A DNA stretch of 64,000 nucleotides from an uncultured Acidobacteriota bacterium (GTDB taxonomy: Bacteria; Acidobacteriota; UBA6911), in the NCBI GenBank assembly GCA_963809485.1, contig CAWEJX010000020.1:1120001-1184000 (forward strand), written 5' to 3'. The position numbers and the translations under genes were made by a program. Every line of letters begins with the position of its first letter. The stretch's first letter is position 1. This document shows positions 19,340 through 28,204 of this stretch, in pieces. The notes beneath the pieces are model-generated. The model was given only the letters and a program-made list of their open reading frames with translations, searched no databases and was not told the origin of the DNA.

Positions 19340-19762
19340 CTACTTCATGCCTTCGAGCAGTCCCTGAAAGAAATCATGGTGATCTTCTTCGTCCTGGAGG
19401 ATCTTCTTGAAGATCTGCGCGGTCGTGATGTCGCCTTCCGCCTCCGCCACTGCAATGGTCTTCTTGTACAGTTTTACGGCATCCTCTTCGTCGGCCATGT
19501 CCTTGGTCATCATCTCTTTCAGCGTTTTGCCGACAAAGATGGGGTCAGGCTTGGTCGTCGGGACTCCGCCCAGGTAGAACAACCTTTCAGCGATTGCTTC
19601 CGCATGCTTCATTTCGGCGACAGCAATTTTTTTCAGCTCATCCTTAATCGAATAGTGGGCTACGCCAGCCCACTGCACATGCTGCCACATGTATTGCACC
19701 GATACCTGAATTTCTCTTGCGATACCTTTGTTCAGCAGTTCCAGCAGTTCCTTGCTCGCCAT
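19340..19762 (-). CDS. Ferritin-like / bacterioferritin-type di-iron protein
   Basis: ARE..QY, EMKHAE..AERL, DEEDH ferroxidase motifs. Confidence 0.9.
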   Translation of the reverse strand: MASKELLELLNKGIAREIQVSVQYMWQHVQWAGVAHYSIKDELKKIAVAEMKHAEAIAERLFYLGGVPTTKPDPIFVGKTLKEMMTKDMADEEDAVKLYKKTIAVAEAEGDITTAQIFKKILQDEEDHHDFFQGLLEGMK

Positions 19763-20034
19763 AGATGATTTCCTTTTCTCGGTTGATCTATTGTAGAAAA
19801 ATTCGCCTCGCAAAACCAAAGCTTCACCATTGCAAATCCGCGCGGGCCTCTGTATCCGGCCTCATGCGGGATTCTGATTATGAATTTTAATATATAGCGA
19901 TTCGGCAAACAATGTGCTTTGCAATTATCCGTGTTTGAGCCGGAACAGGAATGCATATGGAAATTGCATCCGCCTGCCCCAATTTGGAGTATGATAGGGG
20001 GCCGTCAAGCTCTTTCTTTGAAAGGAAGCATCCT

Positions 20035-20244
20035 ATGTCCGATGAAAAGAAGCCGGGTGTCCCCGGGGCCAAATCCTGGGACGCCACTCAATGGCACGAA
20101 GTGGTGAAGGGAGACACGCTTTCAAAAATCGCCGAAAAGTATTACGGCGATCCGGCCCTGTATCCACAGATCTTTGAGGCAAACAAAGATATCCTTACCG
20201 ACCCCGACAAGATCAAGATCGGCCAGAAACTCCGGATCCCCTAA
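20035..20244 (+). CDS. LysM domain protein
   Basis: HEVVKGDTLSKIAEKYYG...IFEAN...KIGQKLRIP; AAGGA RBS. Confidence 0.9.
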   Translation: MSDEKKPGVPGAKSWDATQWHEVVKGDTLSKIAEKYYGDPALYPQIFEANKDILTDPDKIKIGQKLRIP

Positions 20245-20328
20245 CAGCGCTCTGACAGCGGCGGCAGGACCGGCCGAACACGGAACCATTACTGTTTTTT
20301 AAATTCATTTTTGGGAAAAGGAGATGTT

Positions 20329-20922
20329 ATGTCGAAACGTTTGATTCTTGCAGTCCTCGCAATCGCCTGTTGCTTCGCCCTTGCGGCGTGCAATACGGCA
20401 AAGGCTCCTGCCGAGGCCGCTATCAAGGCCGCGGATGAAGCTCTTGCAGGCGTCAAGGCGGACGCTTCTCAGTACGTGCCCGATCAACTCAAGGGTGTCG
20501 AGGATGCCCTCGCGGCCGCGAAGGACAACTTCCAAAAGGGCGAATATCAAAAGGCTCTCGACGGGGCCAAGGACCTTGCCGCCCAGGCCAAGGATCTCAC
20601 CGCGGCCGTAACCGCCAAGAAGGATGAATTTTCGAGATCCTGGCAGGATATGAGCGGCGGCCTCCCGGGAATGGTTGAGGCTATCCAGAAAAGAGTCGAT
20701 ATTCTTTCCAAGTCGAGAAGGCTGCCCGCGGGCCTCGACAAGGATAAATTCGAAGCCGCCAAAACTTCACTGGCAGCCATCACCCAGACCTGGACGGAGG
20801 CGTCCAATGCATTCCAGGGCGGCAACCTGGTGGATGCTGTCGGCAAAGCCAAGGTTGTCAAGGATAAGGCTGTGGAGATCATGGGTATGCTCGGGATGCA
20901 GGTTCCCGCGGCGGCCCAGTAA
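20329..20922 (+). CDS. Helical Ala/Lys-rich lipoprotein
   Basis: Lipobox LAAC; AAGGAG RBS. Confidence 0.85.
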   Translation: MSKRLILAVLAIACCFALAACNTAKAPAEAAIKAADEALAGVKADASQYVPDQLKGVEDALAAAKDNFQKGEYQKALDGAKDLAAQAKDLTAAVTAKKDEFSRSWQDMSGGLPGMVEAIQKRVDILSKSRRLPAGLDKDKFEAAKTSLAAITQTWTEASNAFQGGNLVDAVGKAKVVKDKAVEIMGMLGMQVPAAAQ

Positions 20923-21003
20923 TCGTTTTCAGACCATCCGGAGCGTCTTGCCGGAATTTTACAGGTGAATTCATCCTAAGGAATCGAATTTCGAGGAGGA
21001 ATC

Positions 21004-21264
21004 ATGCTGAATCTGATCTGGACCATTATCATAGGCTTTATTGTCGGACTAGTGGCCAAATTCCTCATGCCCGGAAAAGATCCGGGTGGTTTCATCATCA
21101 CCACTGTGCTGGGCATAGTCGGCGCGCTCCTGGCAACGTTCCTCGGCCGGCTGATTGGGTGGTACCAGCCCGGCCAGTCCGCGGGTTTTATCGCGGCCAT
21201 TCTGGGAGCCTTAATCCTGCTGGTAATTTACCGGTTCATCAAGAAAAAGCAAACTTCCGCCTAG
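21004..21264 (+). CDS. GlsB/YeaQ/YmgE family stress-response membrane protein
   Basis: IIIGFIVGLVAKFLMPGKDPGGFIIT.LGIVGA signature. Confidence 0.92.
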   Translation: MLNLIWTIIIGFIVGLVAKFLMPGKDPGGFIITTVLGIVGALLATFLGRLIGWYQPGQSAGFIAAILGALILLVIYRFIKKKQTSA

Positions 21265-21316
21265 CGCAAACAGCAGGGAGACCTGCTCGCTTTTGAATTC
21301 CAGAGATTTCGGGAGA

Positions 21317-21340
21317 AGGGGCAGCCCGGGGGCTGCCCCT
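21317..21340. terminator. Hairpin between convergent genes
   Basis: AGGGGCAGCCC-gg-GGGCTGCCCCT. Confidence 0.55.
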
Positions 21341-21352
21341 GATTTATCCAGA

Positions 21353-21904
21353 TTATTTTTGGAAAAGACGCGCGGCGATCCCCAACAGGTCGTCGGCAAC
21401 CGATCCATCCCGATTGGAGTCCAAAAATTGTCCCAGCAGGTCCGACAGCCCGCCGCCGGGCATGCCGGCCGGGGCGGCACTCCGGGCGTTTGCCGTCTGG
21501 CGGCTGAGCGTGCCCATGGCCAGCGCGGCTACCATCGGAAGCATCTTTTTCACTACATCCACGCCGATTCCTGTTTTCTCCGACGTCTGCAGAGCCACCT
21601 GGCGGCTGACATCTTTACTTCCCAGTATGTGGCTCAGGATACCGTTGCCGTCCAGGACCGTCTCTTCCCGGCCCATGAGCGAGGGGTCTTCCAGATAGCG
21701 CTGATGCTCGCCTCCAGTCAGCGCGCCCAGCAGGCTTTCCAGGCCGCCTTGCGACGATGCATTGCGAGCAAGCGCCTGGCCCAGAACCGGCAGAAGGCTT
21801 GACAGCGCTGAGGCCGCCTGGTTCTGATTAAGCCCGAAATTGTTTGCCAGCTGTTGAACTGCCTGTCCTCCCCCCTGGTTCAAAAGCATACCCAATAAAT
21901 CCAT
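21353..21904 (-). CDS. DUF937 family protein
   Basis: DGNGILSHILG, LDSNRDGSVADD motifs. Confidence 0.88.
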   Translation of the reverse strand: MDLLGMLLNQGGGQAVQQLANNFGLNQNQAASALSSLLPVLGQALARNASSQGGLESLLGALTGGEHQRYLEDPSLMGREETVLDGNGILSHILGSKDVSRQVALQTSEKTGIGVDVVKKMLPMVAALAMGTLSRQTANARSAAPAGMPGGGLSDLLGQFLDSNRDGSVADDLLGIAARLFQK

Positions 21905-21953
21905 GACGCACTCCTTTCAGGAAAATGCATGATTGCCGCCCACTATTCTCGAT

Positions 21954-22511
21954 TCATGCGCGCGCAGGCCGCCGACGGAATCTGCGGACGCACCACCAGA
22001 TGAAGCCCAGAATCCCCAGCACCAAAATCGCCGCCAGAATGGGCACAACAACGGCAACAAAGGCCGTCACCCCGGAAATCACATCCTCGATAACGCTGAC
22101 AACAGGATTGCCCATTCCGGCCGTGGAAGCCGTGATCGCCGGACGGGCGGTAGCCTTTGCAGCGTGCACGCCGCCTGCAACAACAAGTCCGCAGATCATG
22201 GCGGTTACGGGGCTCATCTGGCTGATCACATTGCCGCTGGACGCGAAAAGAATCGCCCCCGCGGCAGGCCGTACGAACGTCTGGATGATATCGTTGACTG
22301 TGTCGACCACAGGGATTTTATCCACCATTGTCTCGATAAACAGCAAGGCTCCCAGCACCCCAAGCACCCACGGATTTTCCAGGGTGTTCCAGGGAGCCTT
22401 CAGCGTGACCCAGTCGGTAAACCGCGACAACAGGCCGACGATCAGCAGCGGCAGATAAGCGTTGAGACCTGTGGCGGCCGAAAGCCCAAATGCAGACAAG
22501 ACCTCGATCAT
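21954..22511 (-). CDS. DUF4126 family membrane protein
   Basis: GLSAATGLNAYLPLL, DKIPVVD, NPVVSVIED motifs. Confidence 0.88.
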   Translation of the reverse strand: MIEVLSAFGLSAATGLNAYLPLLIVGLLSRFTDWVTLKAPWNTLENPWVLGVLGALLFIETMVDKIPVVDTVNDIIQTFVRPAAGAILFASSGNVISQMSPVTAMICGLVVAGGVHAAKATARPAITASTAGMGNPVVSVIEDVISGVTAFVAVVVPILAAILVLGILGFIWWCVRRFRRRPARA

Positions 22512-22649
22512 CCCCGTCCTCCTGTGGGAAACGGCAGTCTCAGACTTCCAATATTACATCTTTCCTGGCGCCATTTCCGGTTTTGGGCAATAAGGATTCA
22601 TTTTCTTTCGCATGGTTTCAAAATAATCAGCCGGGCATAATCCTTCGGA

Positions 22650-23528
22650 TCAGAGAGTTGTGGGTGTATTTGCCCGCGAAAACGGCGAAAGCGCAAAAAA
22701 GCCGGCGGCCATCGCCTTGCCAATATTCGCCATCAGATCGCGGTAGCCATTCACAACAAAAATATTGGGCTCCAGCACCCAAAGCTGAGCCGCAATCCGC
22801 CTGGGCCCGGCGCTGCCAAGACCGCGCCTCAGGGATTCCTCTTTCAGCATCGGCAAAACCTTGTCCGAGAGACGCAATGCCGTATCGACCACAAACATGG
22901 AAACATCTGGCCGCAGCAGGCCCAGCCGATCAAAGAAGCCCTTCATTTCGCCTGCGGTCAGATTCCTCGGGGGCGAGGACTTCAGCTCGATATAAACCAA
23001 CTTCCCTTCCGCCGCGGCGACCAAATCCAGATCGCCTCCCACTCCTCCAACATGGAGCTTTACCCCGGTCGCCACATCGAACCCGAACCTTCGTTCGAGT
23101 TCCCGCGCCACGTACCACTCCAGAGTCCCGCCGAAATTCCGGGCTGCCCATATTAGCCGGTACCGGCCCCGGGAAACCTTCTCCGCCAGCCCGAGATCGA
23201 CCAGGGCGTCCGCATAGATGCCGGACTGGTCACGCGTGAGGTACCGTGTTGTTTCCTGGGGAAGAAAGCCCTGCCGCTTCCGGATCGCTCCGCGGAGAAA
23301 AAGCCGGAATGCATAGTGGCCCAGCCAGCCCGACAGCAGGTCCGCCAGCCGCTCGTCCGGTGTTTGCGGGAAAGGCACATCGCCGGCCGTTTTCACCGGC
23401 ATCAATCCCCTGCGGATGAGCATGGCCATGGCTTCGCCGGAATGGGCGGGCGCCGCGGGGGTTTTCACAGCGGGACCGGCGGTTGCCGCCTTGAGTTCCA
23501 GATCATGGGCGCTGAGCTTTTTTTTCAT
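22650..23528 (-). CDS. Hypothetical protein with a PD-(D/E)XK nuclease-like C-terminal domain
   Basis: GGTLEWYV...GDLDLV...YIELKS (E...D...ExK). Confidence 0.65.
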   Translation of the reverse strand: MKKKLSAHDLELKAATAGPAVKTPAAPAHSGEAMAMLIRRGLMPVKTAGDVPFPQTPDERLADLLSGWLGHYAFRLFLRGAIRKRQGFLPQETTRYLTRDQSGIYADALVDLGLAEKVSRGRYRLIWAARNFGGTLEWYVARELERRFGFDVATGVKLHVGGVGGDLDLVAAAEGKLVYIELKSSPPRNLTAGEMKGFFDRLGLLRPDVSMFVVDTALRLSDKVLPMLKEESLRRGLGSAGPRRIAAQLWVLEPNIFVVNGYRDLMANIGKAMAAGFFALSPFSRANTPTTL

Positions 23529-23647
23529 CCCATCCCACCGTTTAGGTATTATACCCATGATCGCCTGGAATCTTCGAGTCCCTCGAATGGCTGACTCCGG
23601 GACCGGAGGTCCGAAGAAATGATATGATCATCCGGGAGGCAGAACTG

Positions 23648-24118
23648 ATGACAATGATTTTTCCCCGTATCCTCCTGAGGATCCTTCCCCTGATTCTCCT
23701 GGCCGCAGCCTCCCTGGGCGCGGCCGACAAAAAGGGCGAGGAACTGGTGCGAGAGCTGGAGAATATGCTGATCGCGCCCTGCTGCTGGTCGCAACCGATC
23801 TCGCAGCATTATTCCGAAGTATCCGAAAAGATGCGCAAGGAAGTGCGGGAGATGGTGGCGGCCGGAAAGAGCCGTGACGAAATCCTGGATTATTACGTGT
23901 CGGAATATGGCGAAAGGATCCTGGCCACTCCCCGCCCCAGGGGATTCAATGCGCTGGCCTATGTGTTGCCCTGGGCAGCCCTGATTCTGGGAGGATGGCT
24001 GCTATTCGTCCTGCTCCGCAAACTGCGGGCTCCCGCCCCGACTGCAATTGCAGCGCCGCCGCTGGATGCACGATACGCGTCAATCGTCGAAAAAGAGATC
24101 AAAGACCTGGACGAATAA
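23648..24118 (+). CDS. ccmH: Cytochrome c biogenesis protein CcmH/NrfF-like
   Basis: LIAPCCWSQPISQH, GKSRDEILDYYVSEYGERILATP, one TM helix. Confidence 0.8.
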   Translation: MTMIFPRILLRILPLILLAAASLGAADKKGEELVRELENMLIAPCCWSQPISQHYSEVSEKMRKEVREMVAAGKSRDEILDYYVSEYGERILATPRPRGFNALAYVLPWAALILGGWLLFVLLRKLRAPAPTAIAAPPLDARYASIVEKEIKDLDE

Positions 24119-24124
24119 ATCTCT

Positions 24125-26875
24125 ATGGAACCGCCAAAGGGGCCACGAATTCCGCAAAAACCAGGGGATCCCCCCCAGACCTTCAATCAGCGATTTGAAT
24201 TGATTGCCGGCCATTTCCCGGACCGCATCGCCTTTCGCCTCAAAACGCCCCAGGGCTACACCTCAGTCCCGTACAGGGAGGCTTACCGCCAGGCCCGGGG
24301 TGTAGCCATGGGCCTGCTCGCGCTGGATCTCAAACAGGGAAGCCGCGTGGCCATATTGTCCGAAAACCGGCCGGAGTGGGTCGTAGCCTATCTCGGCATT
24401 TACCTTTCAGGTATGGTCGCCGTCCCCCTGGACACTCAGATATCCCCCCAGGAGTGGAGGCGGCTGCTGGACGATTCGGCCGCGCAGACGGTCTTCGTCA
24501 GCGGGCTTCTTTTGCCCCAGCTTCGGGAGGCGACACGAGATTCCCGGCCGCCCCGGCGCATAATCTCCCTGGACCCGGTGTCCGGCGACCGCGACGCCCG
24601 CTCGGAACTTGCCGGGCTGATCGACTGGGCCGCGAATCTTCCCAATCCCCCGGCCCTTCCCGTAAGCCGTCCTTCGGATATTGTCACCATAATCTACACG
24701 TCGGGAACCACCGGGACCCCAAAGGGCGTGATGCTCACTCAGTCCAACATGATGCAGGAGCTTCAGTGCATTTCCCGGGCCATCTACTGGGACGAAAAAG
24801 AGGCGCTTCTATGCCTTCTGCCCCTGCAGCACGTTCTTGCATCCGTAATCAATGTGCTGGTTCCTCTCTATGTCGGGGGCCAGGTGGTTTTCGCCGACAC
24901 TTTGAAACGTACCGAAATCCTTCAGGCTCTGAAGGAGGCCGGGATCACCATCCTTGCGACGGTTCCGCAGTTTTTTTACCTGTTTCATGACCGCATTCAG
25001 GAGGAACTCTCCCCAAAATCCCTCCCGGCCCGGAAGCTCTTCCGGGGGATGCTGCGTTTCAACCGGTTCTGCATGCGCTTCCTGCGGATCAATCTCGGCA
25101 GAATACTGTTTCCCAAGGTGCACGATAGTTTCGGCTCGAGCCTGCGCCTGTTCGTGAGCGGAGGCTCCGCCTTCGATCCCAAGGTGGCACAGGATTTCCA
25201 CGACATGGGATTCACAATTCTCCAGGGCTACGGATTGACGGAAACGACGGGGGCATGTACCGTCACCCGCGTCCAGAACAACATCATCGGCTCCGTCGGC
25301 CCCGCCCTGCCGGGCGCCGAAATCAGGATACTGGCGCCGGATGAAACGGGAACAGGGGAAGTGCTGATCCGCGGACCTATGGTCATGGAAGGGTATTATA
25401 AGAATCCTGCTGCGACCGAAGAGGCTGTCAAGGACGGATGGTTCTATTCCGGGGATCTCGGACGTCTGGATGCCAAAGGAAATCTTTTCATCACCGGCAG
25501 GAAAAAGGAGGTCATCGTCCTGCCCAACGGCAAAAACATTTACCCCGACGAGCTGGAAACCCACTACCTGCAGAGCCCCTGTATCAAGGAAATAGCCGTC
25601 GTGGGCGTGTTCAGCCAGCAGGAGCGGGGAGAGCGGCTTCACGCGGTGGTTGTGCCCGACTTCGACTACCTGAAGGCCAGGAAAGTCGCCAACGCGCGCG
25701 AAATACTCCGCGACCAGATCGCCGGCCTTTCCAACCAGCTGCCGAAATACAAGCGCCTGATGAGCTACGAGATCCGGAGCGAGCCCCTGCCGCGCACAAC
25801 GACGCGCAAAATCAAGAGGCTGGAGCTGAAAAAGCTAGCGGAAAGCGGAGGGCTTAAACCGATGGAGAACGCAGGCGCTCCGCAAGCTCCCGCACCCGAA
25901 GACCGTGCCTTAATGGAATCCGCCGTGGGGCAGGAAGTGGTGCACTGCCTGCGAGAAACCTATCATCGGGATATGCCGATTGAGCCTGACATGAACCTGG
26001 AGCTGGATCTGGGATTCGATTCCATGGAGAGAGTCGAGCTCCTGGCCAGCCTCGAGCAGATTCTGAACCTCCAGCTGCCGGATGATTTCGGCGCAGAACT
26101 GCATACCGTCCGCGACCTGGTATCCCGGCTGGAGCTGCAGGCGGGCGTGGTCACGCGCAGCGGAGAGGCGTCGCGACAGAGCTGGAAAACAATCCTGTCC
26201 CAGGAGTCACAGGACGAGGATGAGGCCTCGCTGTTCCGCCAGCCCGGCGCGTTCGCCTCATTCCTGAAATATGTCTGCCTCCGGCTGATTTATTTCCTTC
26301 TGCTGCGTACCCTGCTTCGCCTGGAAGCCAGGGGCCTGCAGCACCTACCTCGAAAGGGGCCGTATCTCATTTGCCCCAACCATCAGAGCTACCTGGACCC
26401 TTTCGTCCTGGTCGCTACATTGCCGTACGGCATTTTTCGAAAAATGTTTTTTGTAGGCTACAGCGTTTTCTTCGAAGGCTGGATCATGAAAACGGTCGCC
26501 CGCCTGACCAACGTCGTGCCCGTCGATCCCGACGCCCATCTCCTGCGTGCGATGAAAGCCGGCGCGTCCGGCCTGAGGAACGGCCTCATCCTCTGCATAT
26601 TTCCGGAAGGCGGCAGGTCCTATGACGGCGAATTGCAGGTATTCAAGAAAGGCGCGGCTATCCTATCCAGGGAGCTCTCGGTCGCGGTTGTACCGGTGGG
26701 GATTCAGGGAACTCACCAGGTGTGGCCGCGGGACAGAAAGCGAATCCGCCTGCACAAAGTGAAGGTGCATTTCGGCGAGCCGATAGTTCCCTCCCCGAGC
26801 AGCACAGCCGACCCGTACCAAGCCGATACCGATCGTCTCCGTGATGCTGTCGCCGCGTTGCTGCCGCGAAAATAA
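24125..26875 (+). CDS. Fused long-chain acyl-CoA synthetase + ACP + PlsC acyltransferase
   Basis: YTSGTTGTPKG and GYGLTET (adenylation), LGFDSM (ACP Ser), NHQSYLD and FPEG (acyltransferase). Confidence 0.92.
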   Translation: MEPPKGPRIPQKPGDPPQTFNQRFELIAGHFPDRIAFRLKTPQGYTSVPYREAYRQARGVAMGLLALDLKQGSRVAILSENRPEWVVAYLGIYLSGMVAVPLDTQISPQEWRRLLDDSAAQTVFVSGLLLPQLREATRDSRPPRRIISLDPVSGDRDARSELAGLIDWAANLPNPPALPVSRPSDIVTIIYTSGTTGTPKGVMLTQSNMMQELQCISRAIYWDEKEALLCLLPLQHVLASVINVLVPLYVGGQVVFADTLKRTEILQALKEAGITILATVPQFFYLFHDRIQEELSPKSLPARKLFRGMLRFNRFCMRFLRINLGRILFPKVHDSFGSSLRLFVSGGSAFDPKVAQDFHDMGFTILQGYGLTETTGACTVTRVQNNIIGSVGPALPGAEIRILAPDETGTGEVLIRGPMVMEGYYKNPAATEEAVKDGWFYSGDLGRLDAKGNLFITGRKKEVIVLPNGKNIYPDELETHYLQSPCIKEIAVVGVFSQQERGERLHAVVVPDFDYLKARKVANAREILRDQIAGLSNQLPKYKRLMSYEIRSEPLPRTTTRKIKRLELKKLAESGGLKPMENAGAPQAPAPEDRALMESAVGQEVVHCLRETYHRDMPIEPDMNLELDLGFDSMERVELLASLEQILNLQLPDDFGAELHTVRDLVSRLELQAGVVTRSGEASRQSWKTILSQESQDEDEASLFRQPGAFASFLKYVCLRLIYFLLLRTLLRLEARGLQHLPRKGPYLICPNHQSYLDPFVLVATLPYGIFRKMFFVGYSVFFEGWIMKTVARLTNVVPVDPDAHLLRAMKAGASGLRNGLILCIFPEGGRSYDGELQVFKKGAAILSRELSVAVVPVGIQGTHQVWPRDRKRIRLHKVKVHFGEPIVPSPSSTADPYQADTDRLRDAVAALLPRK

Positions 26876-26894
26876 AAATCAAATAGGCACGGAT

Positions 26895-27088
26895 CTGCAG
26901 AGCCGTCCTCACCCAATCATAATTAACTGCTGAGAAAATTGTATTTATTAATAATTTTTTCAGTGTGCGTCAGCGTTTACGGGCGTGCGTCAGCGTTAAA
27001 ATTCATGGATGGGCCTCCGGAGCCGGTCTCAAAACGACTGTCATGAGATCCTCCTCGGCAGTTTTAGGACAGTCTCCGGAGACCCGTC
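26895..27088 (+). repeat. Modular MITE-like repeat family 2, copy A (order X-Y)
   Basis: X = GAGCCGTCCTCACCCAA...GTCAGCGTTAAAAT; Y = TCAAAACGACTGTCATGAGATCCTC..GGCAGTTTT; also at 40663-40859 and 59706-59946. Confidence 0.75.
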
Positions 27089-27111
27089 ATTACTGATAGT
27101 TGGCATGCGTA

Positions 27112-28197
27112 CTATTGTTTAATGAAGAGCAGAACGAAAGCAGTGACGAAAATGTTGAGAACGGAAAGGGGAAGCAGGAATTTCCAGCCGAGCCGCATGA
27201 GCTGGTCGTAGCGGAAGCGCGGAAGCGTCCATCGTATCAGGACCAGGAACCAGCAGAAGAAAATGACTTTGACCGCGAAAGCCGCAATCTGCAGCAGGGT
27301 GACCAGGAAACCGGGCAGCGCAAGGAATGATCCCCCGGGGAGGCGAAATCCGTCCGTCTGCAGATATGGGACCTGCCAGCCCCCGAAAAACAGCGTTGCG
27401 ATGAGGGCGGCAATCAGGATCGTCTCGACGAAATCCGTCATGAAGAAAGCGCCGAACTTCATGCTGCTGTATTCAACAAAATAGCCGATGATCTCCGATT
27501 CCCCTTCGGGAAGGTCAAACGGTATGCGCTTGGTCTCCGCCATCCCTGCGGTTACAAAGAGCAGGAATCCCAGCGGCTGAAAAAGGATGCCCCATTTGGG
27601 CAGCCATCCCCAGAGCAGACCACCCTGCGCCCTGTTGAGCTCGGCGAGATCGAGAGTGCCGAATATCATGAGCACCCCTACCAGCGTGGCGCCCATGGTG
27701 ATTTCATAGCTGATCATCTGGCTGGAGGCGCGCAATCCTCCCAGGAAGGCGAACTTGTTATTTGAGGAGAAGCCCGCAAGGAACGTCCCGTAGATGCCCA
27801 GTGACATCATGGCAAAAACGAAAAGCAGGCCCACGTTCAGCTCCAGCACCTGCAGTTCGATCCGCTGCCCCGCGATCATGATGGAATCGCCGAACGGGAT
27901 TGCGGCGAAACTCATCAGAGCGAAAAACAGAGCGGCAAAAGGGGCTGCCGTGTGCAGCAGTTTGTCGCCTCCGGGCGGCACGTAATCCTCTTTAAAAAAC
28001 ATCTTTAAGGCGTCCGACACGATGTGCATCAGCCCGAAGGCCCTAATGCCGAAAACCGGTGCACGGTTCGCGCCCAGGCGGTCCTGCATGACTGCCGACT
28101 GTTTGCGTTCCACCCACGTCAACAGCGCTGTCAGCGTCAGTACGCAGGTCAGGAAAAACAGGATTTTGATCAAAACGATCAGGACGTTGAGCCACAT
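27112..28197 (-). CDS. nuoH: NADH-quinone oxidoreductase subunit H
   Basis: ERKQSAVMQDRLG, RASSQMISYE, PFDLPEGESE, RWTLPRFRYDQLM. Confidence 0.96.
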   Translation of the reverse strand: MWLNVLIVLIKILFFLTCVLTLTALLTWVERKQSAVMQDRLGANRAPVFGIRAFGLMHIVSDALKMFFKEDYVPPGGDKLLHTAAPFAALFFALMSFAAIPFGDSIMIAGQRIELQVLELNVGLLFVFAMMSLGIYGTFLAGFSSNNKFAFLGGLRASSQMISYEITMGATLVGVLMIFGTLDLAELNRAQGGLLWGWLPKWGILFQPLGFLLFVTAGMAETKRIPFDLPEGESEIIGYFVEYSSMKFGAFFMTDFVETILIAALIATLFFGGWQVPYLQTDGFRLPGGSFLALPGFLVTLLQIAAFAVKVIFFCWFLVLIRWTLPRFRYDQLMRLGWKFLLPLSVLNIFVTAFVLLFIKQ

Positions 28198-28204
28198 AAT
28201 ATTT

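Noticed and set aside
24125-26875. NRPS/secondary-metabolite interpretation of the A-ACP fusion
   Set aside because: No condensation or KS domain; the C-terminal PlsC domain indicates a known lipid acylation fusion.
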